Below are positions 1 through 11,692 of a stretch of 64,000 bases of DNA, piece by piece; positions within the stretch are counted from its first letter, which is position 1, and each line of letters opens with the position of its first letter. Position numbers and translations under genes: made by a program. Origin of the DNA: Auanema rhodensis (Eukaryota; Animalia; Nematoda); the NCBI GenBank assembly GCA_964057225.1, contig OZ059900.1, positions 22,258,001 to 22,322,000 on the forward strand, written 5' to 3'. The notes under the pieces are model-generated. The model had not been told where the DNA came from, made no database searches, and saw nothing but the letters and a program-made list of their open reading frames with translations.

Positions 1-208
1 ACAAAAACACAGTATTTCCCATGAGAAATATTTTATTATGCTGGAAAACCAGTTTTTGGAATTTTCGCTGTAAACAAGGTTTTGACTTACGATTTCATGT
101 GTTCAAACTCATGCAATGTCAATGAAACCTAGCTCAAAATTATTCGTACAACGTCTAGTTCCACTTTCACGACAAAAAAACAGGGGTTAGAAAATTAAGG
201 AAATTAGC

Positions 209-630
209 ATTTTTCTAGTGTTCAGCATGTAAAATGCTTCATTTTAGTATGTAACACGCTGAAATTCGTTGCATTTGACGACTCATATGAACAAAAATCG
301 ATTTAATCAATATTAGCCATAAGGGGCGTGCCCTCAGAATATGCTAATTTCCTTAATTTTCTAACCCCTGTTTTTTTGTCGTGAAAGTGGAACTAGACGT
401 TGTACGAACAATTTTGAGCTAGGTTTCATTGACATTGCATGAGTTTGAACACATGAAATCGTAAGTCAAAACCTTGTTTACAGCGAAATTTCCAAAAACT
501 GGTTTTCCAGCATAATAAAATAATTCTCATGAGAAATACTGTGTTTTTGTATTTTTCTAGTGTTCAGCATGTAAAATGCTTCATTTTAGTATGTAACACG
601 CTGAAATTCGTTGCATTTGACGACTCACAT
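209..630 (-). repeat. Inversion cassette 1, long form (422 bp of reverse-complemented satellite)
   Basis: Left junction GAAATTAGC-AT-TTTTCTAGTG; interior is the reverse complement of the monomer (e.g. AAGGGGCGTGCCCTCAGAATATG at 321-343); right junction GACTCAC-AT-TGAAATCG. Confidence 0.96.
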
Positions 631-2619
631 TGAAATCGATTTTTGTTCATATGTGTTACATACTAAAATGAAGCATTTTACATGCTGAACACTAGAAAAA
701 TACAAAAACACAGTATTTCTCATGAGAAATATTTTATTATGCTGGAAAACCAGTTTTTGGAAATTTCGCTGTAAACAAGGTTTTGACTTACGATTTCATG
801 TGTTCAAACTCATGCAATGTCAATGAAACCTAGCTCAAAATTGTTTCTACAACGTCTAGTTCCACTTTCACGACAAAAAAACAAGGGTTAGAAAATTAAG
901 GAAATTAGCATATTCTGAGGGCACGCCCCTTATGGCTAATATTGATTAAATCGATTTTTGTTCATATGAGTAGTCAAATGCAACGAATTTCAGCGTGTTA
1001 CATACTAAAATGAACCATTTTACATGCTGAACACTGGAAAAATACAAAAACACAGTATTTCCCATGAGAAATATTTTATTATGCTGGAAAACCAGTTTTT
1101 GGAATTTTCGCTGTAAACAAGGTTTTGACTTACGATTTCATGTGTTCAAACTCATGCAATGTCAATGAAACCTAGCTCAAAATTGTTCGTACAACGTCTA
1201 GTTCCACTTTCACGACAAAAAAACAGGGGTTAGAAAATTAAGGAAATTAGCATATTCTGAGGGCACGCCCCTTATGGCTAATATTGATTAAATCGATTTT
1301 TGTTCATATGAGTAGTCAAATGCAACGAATTTCAGCGTGTTACATACTAAAATGAACCATTTTACATGCTGAACACTAGAAAAATACAAAAACACAGTAT
1401 TTCCCATGAGAAATATTTTATTATTCTGGAAAACCAGTTTTTGGAATTTTCGCTGTAAACAAGGTTTTGACTTACGATTTCATGTGTTCAAACTCATGCA
1501 ATGTCAATGAAACCTAGCTCAAAATTGTTCGTACAACGTCTAGTTCCACTTTCACGACAAAAAAACAGGGGTTAGAAAATTTAGGAAATTAGCATATTCT
1601 GAGGGCACGCCCCTTATGGCTAATATTGATTAAATCGATTTTTGTTCATATGAGTCGTCAAATGCAACGAATTTCAGCGTGTTACATACTAAAATGAAGC
1701 ATTTTACATGCTGAACACTAGAAAAATACAAAAACACAGTATTTCCCATGAGAAATATTTTATTATGCTGGAAAACCAGTTTTTGGAAATTTCGCTGTAA
1801 ACAAGGTTTTGACTTACGATTTCATGTGTTCAAACTCATGCAATGTCAATGAAACCTAGCTCAAAATTGTTCCTACAACGTCTAGTTCCACTTTCACGAC
1901 AAAAAAACAGGGGTTAGAAAATTAATGAAATTAGCATATTCTGAGGGCACGCCCCTTATGGCTAATATTGATTAAATCGATTTTTGTTCATATGAGTCGT
2001 CAAATGCAACGAATTTCAGCGTGTTACATACTAAAATGAAGCATTTTACATGCTGAACACTAGAAAAATACAAAAACACAGTATTTCCCATGAGAAATAT
2101 TTTATTATGCTGGAAAACCAGTTTTTGGAAATTTCGCTGTAAACAAGGTTTTGACTTACGATTTCATGTGTTCAAACTCATGCAATGTCAATGAAACCTA
2201 GCTCAAAATTGTTTGTACAACGTCTAGTTCAACTTTCACGACAAAAAAACAGGGGTTAGAAAATTAAGGAAATTAGCATATTCTGAGGGCACGCCCCTTA
2301 TGGCTAATATTGATTAAATCGATTTTTGTTCATATGAGTAGTCAAATGCAACGAATTTCAGCGTGTTACATACTAAAATGAAGCATTTTACATGCTGAAC
2401 ACTAGAAAAATACAAAAACACAGTATTTCCCATGAGAAATATTTTATTATGCTGGAAAACCAGTTTTTGGAATTTTCGCTGTAAACAAGGTTTTGACTTA
2501 CGATTTCATGTGTTCAAACTCATGCAATGTCAATGAAACCTAGCTCAAAATTGTTCGTACAACGTCTAGTTCCACTTTCACGACAAAAAAACAGGGGTTA
2601 GAAAATTAAGGAAATTAGC

Positions 2620-3041
2620 ATTTTTCTAGTGTTCAGCATGTAAAATGCTTCATTTTAGTATGTAACACGCTGAAATTCGTTGCATTTGACGACTCATATG
2701 AACAAAAATCGATTTAATCAATATTAGCCATAAGGGGCGTGCCCTCAGAATATGCTAATTTCCTTAATTTTCTAACCCCTGTTTTTTTGTCGTGAAAGTG
2801 GAACTAGACGTTGTACGAACAATTTTGAGCTAGGTTTCATTGACATTGCATGAGTTTGAACACATGAAATCGTAAGTCAAAACCTTGTTTACAGCGAAAT
2901 TTCCAAAAACTGGTTTTCCAGCATAATAAAATAATTCTCATGAGAAATACTGTGTTTTTGTATTTTTCTAGTGTTCAGCATGTAAAATGCTTCATTTTAG
3001 TATGTAACACGCTGAAATTCGTTGCATTTGACGACTCACAT
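2620..3041 (-). repeat. Inversion cassette 2, long form (422 bp)
   Basis: Same junctions and same private ATAATTCTCATG variant as cassette 1. Confidence 0.95.
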
Positions 3042-3320
3042 TGAAATCGATTTTTGTTCATATGTGTTACATACTAAAATGAAGCATTTTACATGCTGAA
3101 CACTAGAAAAATACAAAAACACAGTATTTCTCATGAGAAATATTTTATTATGCTGGAAAACCAGTTTTTGGAATTTTCGCTGTAAACAAGGTTTTGACTT
3201 ACGATTTCATGTGTTCAAACTCATGCAATGTCAATGAAACCTAGCTCAAAATTGTTCGTACAACGTCTAGTTCCACTTTCACGACAAAAAAACAGGGGTT
3301 AGAAAATTAAGGAAATTAGC

Positions 3321-3400
3321 ATTTTTCTAGTGTTCAGCATGTAAAATGCTTCATTTTAGTATGTAACACGCTGAAATTCGTTGCATTTGACGACTCACAT
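3321..3400 (-). repeat. Inversion cassette 3, short form (80 bp)
   Basis: Same two junctions, exactly 342 bp shorter than the long form. Confidence 0.95.
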
Positions 3401-4020
3401 TGAAATCGATTTTTGTTCATATGTGTTACATACTAAAATGAAGCATTTTACATGCTGAACACTAGAAAAATACAAAAACACAGTATTTCTCATGAGAAAT
3501 ATTTTATTATGCTGGAAAACCAGTTTTTGGAAATTTCGCTGTAAACAAGGTTTTGACTTACGATTTCATGTGTTCAAACTCATGCAATGTCAATGAAACC
3601 TAGCTCAAAATTGTTTGTACAACGTCTAGTTCCACTTTCACGACAAAAAAACAAGGGTTAGAAAATTAAGGAAATTAGCATATTCTGAGGGCACGCCCCT
3701 TATGGCTAATATTGATTAAATCGATTTTTGTTCATATGAGTAGTCAAATGCAACGAATTTCAGCGTGTTACATACTAAAATGAACCATTTTACATGCTGA
3801 ACACTAGAAAAATACAAAAACACAGTATTTCCCATGAGAAATATTTTATTATGCTGGAAAACCAGTTTTTGGAATTTTCGCTGTAAACAAGGTTTTGACT
3901 TACGATTTCATGTGTTCAAACTCATGCAATGTCAATGAAACCTAGCTCAAAATTGTTCGTACAACGTCTAGTTCCACTTTCACGACAAAAAAACAGGGGT
4001 TAGAAAATTTAGGAAATTAG

Positions 4021-4362
4021 CATATTCTGAGGGCACGCCCCTTATGGCTAATATTGATTAAATCGATTTTTGTTCATATGAGTCGTCAAATGCAACGAAT
4101 TTCAGCGTGTTACATACTAAAATGAAGCATTTTACATGCTGAACACTAGAAAAATACAAAAACACAGTATTTCCCATGAGAAATATTTTATTATGCTGGA
4201 AAACCAGTTTTTGGAAATTTCGCTGTAAACAAGGTTTTGACTTACGATTTCATGTGTTCAAACTCATGCAATGTCAATGAAACCTAGCTCAAAATTGTTC
4301 CTACAACGTCTAGTTCCACTTTCACGACAAAAAAACAGGGGTTAGAAAATTAATGAAATTAG
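4021..4362 (+). repeat. Representative 342-bp monomer, used as the reference for monomer positions 1-342
   Basis: Runs CATATTCTGAGGGCACGCCCCTTATGG...GAAATTAG; the next copy starts at 4363. Confidence 0.97.
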
Positions 4363-5047
4363 CATATTCTGAGGGCACGCCCCTTATGGCTAATATTGAT
4401 TAAATCGATTTTTGTTCATATGAGTCGTCAAATGCAACGAATTTCATCGTGTTACATACTAAAATTAAGCATTTTACATGCTGAACACTAGAAAAATACA
4501 AAAACACAGTATTTCTCATGAGAAATATTTTATTATGCTGGAAAACCAGTTTTTGGAAATTTCGCTGTAAACAAGGTTTTGACTTACGATTTCATGTGTT
4601 CAAACTCATGCAATGTCAATGAAACCTAGCTCAAAATTGTTTGTACAACGTCTAGTTCCACTTTCACGACAAAAAAACAGGGGTTAGAAAATTAAGGAAA
4701 TTAGCATATTCTGAGGGCACGCCCCTTATGGCTAATATTGATTAAATCGATTTTTGTTCATATGAGTAGTCAAATGCAACGAATTTCAGCGTGTTACATA
4801 CTAAAATGAAGCATTTTACATGCTGAACACTAGAAAAATACAAAAACACAGTATTTCCCATGAGAAATATTTTATTATGCTGGAAAACCAGTTTTTGGAA
4901 TTTTCGCTGTAAACAAGGTTTTGACTTACGATTTCATGTGTTCAAACTCATGCAATGTCAATGAAACCTAGCTCAAAATTGTTCGTACAACGTCTAGTTC
5001 CACTTTCACGACAAAAAAACAGGGGTTAGAAAATTAAGGAAATTAGC

Positions 5048-5127
5048 ATTTTTCTAGTGTTCAGCATGTAAAATGCTTCATTTTAGTATGTAACACGCTG
5101 AAATTCGTTGCATTTGACGACTCACAT
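5048..5127 (-). repeat. Inversion cassette 4, short form (80 bp)
   Basis: Same junctions; 1727 bp after cassette 3. Confidence 0.95.
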
Positions 5128-5748
5128 TGAAATCGATTTTTGTTCATATGTGTTACATACTAAAATGAAGCATTTTACATGCTGAACACTAGAAAAATAC
5201 AAAAACACAGTATTTCTCATGAGAAATATTTTATTATGCTGGAAAACCAGTTTTTGGAAATTTCGCTGTAAACAAGGTTTTGACTTACGATTTCATGTGT
5301 TCAAACTCATGCAATGTCAATGAAACCTAGCTCAAAATTGTTTGTACAACGTCTAGTTCCACTTTCACGACAAAAAAACAAGGGTTAGAAAATTAAGGAA
5401 ATTAGCATATTCTGAGGGCACGCCCCTTATGGCTAATATTGATTAAATCGATTTTTGTTCATATGAGTAGTCAAATGCAACGAATTTCAGCGTGTTACAT
5501 ACTAAAATGAACCATTTTACATGCTGAACACTAGAAAAATACAAAAACACAGTATTTCCCATGAGAAATATTTTATTATGCTGGAAAACCAGTTTTTGGA
5601 ATTTTCGCTGTAAACAAGGTTTTGACTTACGATTTCATGTGTTCAAACTCATGCAATGTCAATGAAACCTAGCTCAAAATTGTTCGTACAACGTCTAGTT
5701 CCACTTTCACGACAAAAAAACAGGGGTTAGAAAATTAAGGAAATTAGC

Positions 5749-6170
5749 ATTTTTCTAGTGTTCAGCATGTAAAATGCTTCATTTTAGTATGTAACACGCT
5801 GAAATTCGTTGCATTTGACGACTCATATGAACAAAAATCGATTTAATCAATATTAGCCATAAGGGGCGTGCCCTCAGAATATGCTAATTTCCTTAATTTT
5901 CTAACCCCTGTTTTTTTGTCGTGAAAGTGGAACTAGACGTTGTACGAACAATTTTGAGCTAGGTTTCATTGACATTGCATGAGTTTGAACACATGAAATC
6001 GTAAGTCAAAACCTTGTTTACAGCGAAATTTCCAAAAACTGGTTTTCCAGCATAATAAAATAATTCTCATGAGAAATACTGTGTTTTTGTATTTTTCTAG
6101 TGTTCAGCATGTAAAATGCTTCATTTTAGTATGTAACACGCTGAAATTCGTTGCATTTGACGACTCACAT
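5749..6170 (-). repeat. Inversion cassette 5, long form (422 bp)
   Basis: Same junctions; 701 bp after cassette 4. Confidence 0.95.
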
Positions 6171-7817
6171 TGAAATCGATTTTTGTTCATATGTGTTACA
6201 TACTAAAATGAAGCATTTTACATGCTGAACACTAGAAAAATACAAAAACACAGTATTTCTCATGAGAAATATTTTATTATGCTGGAAAACCAGTTTTTGG
6301 AAATTTCGCTGTAAACAAGGTTTTGACTTACGATTTCATGTGTTCAAACTCATGCAATGTCAATGAAACCTAGCTCAAAATTGTTTGTACAACGTCTAGT
6401 TCCACTTTCACGACAAAAAAACAAGGGTTAGAAAATTAAGGAAATTAGCATATTCTGAGGGCACGCCCCTTATGGCTAATATTGATTAAATCGATTTTTG
6501 TTCATATGAGTAGTCAAATGCAACGAATTTCAGCGTGTTACATACTAAAATGAACCATTTTACATGCTGAACACTAGAAAAATACAAAAACACAGTATTT
6601 CCCATGAGAAATATTTTATTATGCTGGAAAACCAGTTTTTGGAATTTTCGCTGTAAACAAGGTTTTGACTTACGATTTCATGTGTTCAAACTCATGCAAT
6701 GTCAATGAAACCTAGCTCAAAATTGTTCGTACAACGTCTAGTTCCACTTTCACGACAAAAAAACAGGGGTTAGAAAATTTAGGAAATTAGCATATTCTGA
6801 GGGCACGCCCCTTATGGCTAATATTGATTAAATCGATTTTTGTTCATATGAGTCGTCAAATGCAACGAATTTCAGCGTGTTACATACTAAAATGAAGCAT
6901 TTTACATGCTGAACACTAGAAAAATACAAAAACACAGTATTTCCCATGAGAAATATTTTATTATGCTGGAAAACCAGTTTTTGGAAATTTCGCTGTAAAC
7001 AAGGTTTTGACTTACGATTTCATGTGTTCAAACTCATGCAATGTCAATGAAACCTAGCTCAAAATTGTTCCTACAACGTCTAGTTCCACTTTCACGACAA
7101 AAAAACAGGGGTTAGAAAATTAATGAAATTAGCATATTCTGAGGGCACGCCCCTTATGGCTAATATTGATTAAATCGATTTTTGTTCATATGAGTCGTCA
7201 AATGCAACGAATTTCATCGTGTTACATACTAAAATTAAGCATTTTACATGCTGAACACTAGAAAAATACAAAAACACAGTATTTCTCATGAGAAATATTT
7301 TATTATGCTGGAAAACCAGTTTTTGGAAATTTCGCTGTAAACAAGGTTTTGACTTACGATTTCATGTGTTCAAACTCATGCAATGTCAATGAAACCTAGC
7401 TCAAAATTGTTTGTACAACGTCTAGTTCCACTTTCACGACAAAAAAACAGGGGTTAGAAAATTAAGGAAATTAGCATATTCTGAGGGCACGCCCCTTATG
7501 GCTAATATTGATTAAATCGATTTTTGTTCATATGAGTAGTCAAATGCAACGAATTTCAGCGTGTTACATACTAAAATGAAGCATTTTACATGCTGAACAC
7601 TAGAAAAATACAAAAACACAGTATTTCCCATGAGAAATATTTTATTATGCTGGAAAACCAGTTTTTGGAATTTTCGCTGTAAACAAGGTTTTGACTTACG
7701 ATTTCATGTGTTCAAACTCATGCAATGTCAATGAAACCTAGCTCAAAATTGTTCGTACAACGTCTAGTTCCACTTTCACGACAAAAAAACAGGGGTTAGA
7801 AAATTAAGGAAATTAGC

Positions 7818-7897
7818 ATTTTTCTAGTGTTCAGCATGTAAAATGCTTCATTTTAGTATGTAACACGCTGAAATTCGTTGCATTTGACGACTCACAT
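7818..7897 (-). repeat. Inversion cassette 6, short form (80 bp)
   Basis: Same junctions; 2069 bp after cassette 5. Confidence 0.95.
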
Positions 7898-9544
7898 TGA
7901 AATCGATTTTTGTTCATATGTGTTACATACTAAAATGAAGCATTTTACATGCTGAACACTAGAAAAATACAAAAACACAGTATTTCTCATGAGAAATATT
8001 TTATTATGCTGGAAAACCAGTTTTTGGAAATTTCGCTGTAAACAAGGTTTTGACTTACGATTTCATGTGTTCAAACTCATGCAATGTCAATGAAACCTAG
8101 CTCAAAATTGTTTGTACAACGTCTAGTTCCACTTTCACGACAAAAAAACAAGGGTTAGAAAATTAAGGAAATTAGCATATTCTGAGGGCACGCCCCTTAT
8201 GGCTAATATTGATTAAATCGATTTTTGTTCATATGAGTAGTCAAATGCAACGAATTTCAGCGTGTTACATACTAAAATGAACCATTTTACATGCTGAACA
8301 CTAGAAAAATACAAAAACACAGTATTTCCCATGAGAAATATTTTATTATGCTGGAAAACCAGTTTTTGGAATTTTCGCTGTAAACAAGGTTTTGACTTAC
8401 GATTTCATGTGTTCAAACTCATGCAATGTCAATGAAACCTAGCTCAAAATTGTTCGTACAACGTCTAGTTCCACTTTCACGACAAAAAAACAGGGGTTAG
8501 AAAATTTAGGAAATTAGCATATTCTGAGGGCACGCCCCTTATGGCTAATATTGATTAAATCGATTTTTGTTCATATGAGTCGTCAAATGCAACGAATTTC
8601 AGCGTGTTACATACTAAAATGAAGCATTTTACATGCTGAACACTAGAAAAATACAAAAACACAGTATTTCCCATGAGAAATATTTTATTATGCTGGAAAA
8701 CCAGTTTTTGGAAATTTCGCTGTAAACAAGGTTTTGACTTACGATTTCATGTGTTCAAACTCATGCAATGTCAATGAAACCTAGCTCAAAATTGTTCCTA
8801 CAACGTCTAGTTCCACTTTCACGACAAAAAAACAGGGGTTAGAAAATTAATGAAATTAGCATATTCTGAGGGCACGCCCCTTATGGCTAATATTGATTAA
8901 ATCGATTTTTGTTCATATGAGTCGTCAAATGCAACGAATTTCATCGTGTTACATACTAAAATTAAGCATTTTACATGCTGAACACTAGAAAAATACAAAA
9001 ACACAGTATTTCTCATGAGAAATATTTTATTATGCTGGAAAACCAGTTTTTGGAAATTTCGCTGTAAACAAGGTTTTGACTTACGATTTCATGTGTTCAA
9101 ACTCATGCAATGTCAATGAAACCTAGCTCAAAATTGTTTGTACAACGTCTAGTTCCACTTTCACGACAAAAAAACAGGGGTTAGAAAATTAAGGAAATTA
9201 GCATATTCTGAGGGCACGCCCCTTATGGCTAATATTGATTAAATCGATTTTTGTTCATATGAGTAGTCAAATGCAACGAATTTCAACGTGTTACATACTA
9301 AAATGAAGCATTTTACATGCTGAACACTAGAAAAATACAAAAACACAGTATTTCCCATGAGAAATATTTTATTATGCTGGAAAACCAGTTTTTGGAATTT
9401 TCGCTGTAAACAAGGTTTTGACTTACGATTTCATGTGTTCAAACTCATGCAATGTCAATGAAACCTAGCTCAAAATTGTTCGTACAACGTCTAGTTCCAC
9501 TTTCACGACAAAAAAACAGGGGTTAGAAAATTAAGGAAATTAGC

Positions 9545-9624
9545 ATTTTTCTAGTGTTCAGCATGTAAAATGCTTCATTTTAGTATGTAACACGCTGAAA
9601 TTCGTTGCATTTGACGACTCACAT
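9545..9624 (-). repeat. Inversion cassette 7, short form (80 bp)
   Basis: Same junctions; 1727 bp after cassette 6. Confidence 0.95.
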
Positions 9625-11270
9625 TGAAATCGATTTTTGTTCATATGTGTTACATACTAAAATGAAGCATTTTACATGCTGAACACTAGAAAAATACAAA
9701 AACACAGTATTTCTCATGAGAAATATTTTATTATGCTGGAAAACCAGTTTTTGGAAATTTCGCTGTAAACAAGGTTTTGACTTACGATTTCATGTGTTCA
9801 AACTCATGCAATGTCAATGAAACCTAGCTCAAAATTGTTTGTACAACGTCTAGTTCCACTTTCACGACAAAAAAACAAGGGTTAGAAAATTAAGGAAATT
9901 AGCATATTCTGAGGGCACGCCCCTTATGGCTAATATTGATTAAATCGATTTTTGTTCATATGAGTAGTCAAATGCAACGAATTTCAGCGTGTTACATACT
10001 AAAATGAACCATTTTACATGCTGAACACTAGAAAAATACAAAAACACAGTATTTCCCATGAGAAATATTTTATTATGCTGGAAAACCAGTTTTTGGAATT
10101 TTCGCTGTAAACAAGGTTTTGACTTACGATTTCATGTGTTCAAACTCATGCAATGTCAATGAAACCTAGCTCAAAATTGTTCGTACAACGTCTAGTTCCA
10201 CTTTCACGACAAAAAAACAGGGGTTAGAAAATTTAGGAAATTAGCATATTCTGAGGGCACGCCCCTTATGGCTAATATTGATTAAATCGATTTTTGTTCA
10301 TATGAGTCGTCAAATGCAACGAATTTCAGCGTGTTACATACTAAAATGAAGCATTTTACATGCTGAACACTAGAAAAATACAAAAACACAGTATTTCCCA
10401 TGAGAAATATTTTATTATGCTGGAAAACCAGTTTTTGGAAATTTCGCTGTAAACAAGGTTTTGACTTACGATTTCATGTGTTCAAACTCATGCAATGTCA
10501 ATGAAACCTAGCTCAAAATTGTTCCTACAACGTCTAGTTCCACTTTCACGACAAAAAAACAGGGGTTAGAAAATTAATGAAATTAGCATATTCTGAGGGC
10601 ACGCCCCTTATGGCTAATATTGATTAAATCGATTTTTGTTCATATGAGTCGTCAAATGCAACGAATTTCATCGTGTTACATACTAAAATTAAGCATTTTA
10701 CATGCTGAACACTAGAAAAATACAAAAACACAGTATTTCTCATGAGAAATATTTTATTATGCTGGAAAACCAGTTTTTGGAAATTTCGCTGTAAACAAGG
10801 TTTTGACTTACGATTTCATGTGTTCAAACTCATGCAATGTCAATGAAACCTAGCTCAAAATTGTTTGTACAACGTCTAGTTCCACTTTCACGACAAAAAA
10901 ACAGGGGTTAGAAAATTAAGGAAATTAGCATATTCTGAGGGCACGCCCCTTATGGCTAATATTGTTAAATCGATTTTTGTTCATATGAGTAGTCAAATGC
11001 AACGAATTTCAGCGTGTTACATACTAAAATGAAGCATTTTACATGCTGAACACTAGAAAAATACAAAAACACAGTATTTCCCATGAGAAATATTTTATTA
11101 TGCTGGAAAACCAGTTTTTGGAATTTTCGCTGTAAACAAGGTTTTGACTTACGATTTCATGTGTTCAAACTCATGCAATGTCAATGAAACCTAGCTCAAA
11201 ATTGTTCGTACAACGTCTAGTTCCACTTTCACGACAAAAAAACAGGGGTTAGAAAATTAAGGAAATTAGC

Positions 11271-11692
11271 ATTTTTCTAGTGTTCAGCATGTAAAATGCT
11301 TCATTTTAGTATGTAACACGCTGAAATTCGTTGCATTTGACGACTCATATGAACAAAAATCGATTTAATCAATATTAGCCATAAGGGGCGTGCCCTCAGA
11401 ATATGCTAATTTCCTTAATTTTCTAACCCCTGTTTTTTTGTCGTGAAAGTGGAACTAGACGTTGTACGAACAATTTTGAGCTAGGTTTCATTGACATTGC
11501 ATGAGTTTGAACACATGAAATCGTAAGTCAAAACCTTGTTTACAGCGAAATTTCCAAAAACTGGTTTTCCAGCATAATAAAATAATTCTCATGAGAAATA
11601 CTGTGTTTTTGTATTTTTCTAGTGTTCAGCATGTAAAATGCTTCATTTTAGTATGTAACACGCTGAAATTCGTTGCATTTGACGACTCACAT
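11271..11692 (-). repeat. Inversion cassette 8, long form (422 bp)
   Basis: Same junctions; 1726 bp after cassette 7 (1-bp deletion, ATTGTTAAAT, near 10965). Confidence 0.95.

Larger units (their letters stand above)
3321..11270 (+). repeat. Inversion-containing HOR, modal period 1727 bp (5x342+17)
   Basis: Repeating order of variant monomers (ACAAGGG; GAACC+TTTAGG; TTCCTAC+TAATGA; TCATCG+AATTAAGC; GAGTAGTC+GGAATTTTC), followed by a cassette. Spacings are 1727, 701, 2069, 1727 and 1726. Confidence 0.85.

Noticed and set aside
183-190. Telomere-like GGGGTTAG
   Set aside because: It is a single occurrence per monomer, not a tandem telomeric tract, with too few G-runs for a G-quadruplex.
264-280. 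CENP-B-box-like word ATTCGTTGCATTTGACG
   Set aside because: It matches TTCG and the central A but lacks the essential CGGG (6 of 9 core positions); probably chance.
209-1043. MITE or foldback transposon with terminal inverted repeats
   Set aside because: The inverted arms are pure satellite. There are no target-site duplications or foreign sequence, and every copy sits at the same monomer position, indicating tandem amplification, not transposition.
3320-3678. Drosophila 359-bp (1.688) satellite, suggested by the 359-bp short-cassette monomer
   Set aside because: The length is a coincidence (342+17), and the sequence does not resemble the 1.688 consensus as I recall it.
4021-4362. Primate alpha-satellite dimer (342 = 2x171)
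   Set aside because: The two halves do not align to each other, and I see no resemblance to alpha satellite and no intact CENP-B box.
4021-4362. 5S rRNA, tRNA or snRNA tandem gene unit
   Set aside because: No recognisable 5S, tRNA cloverleaf or snRNA sequence was seen. An Infernal/Rfam scan of the consensus dimer would settle it.
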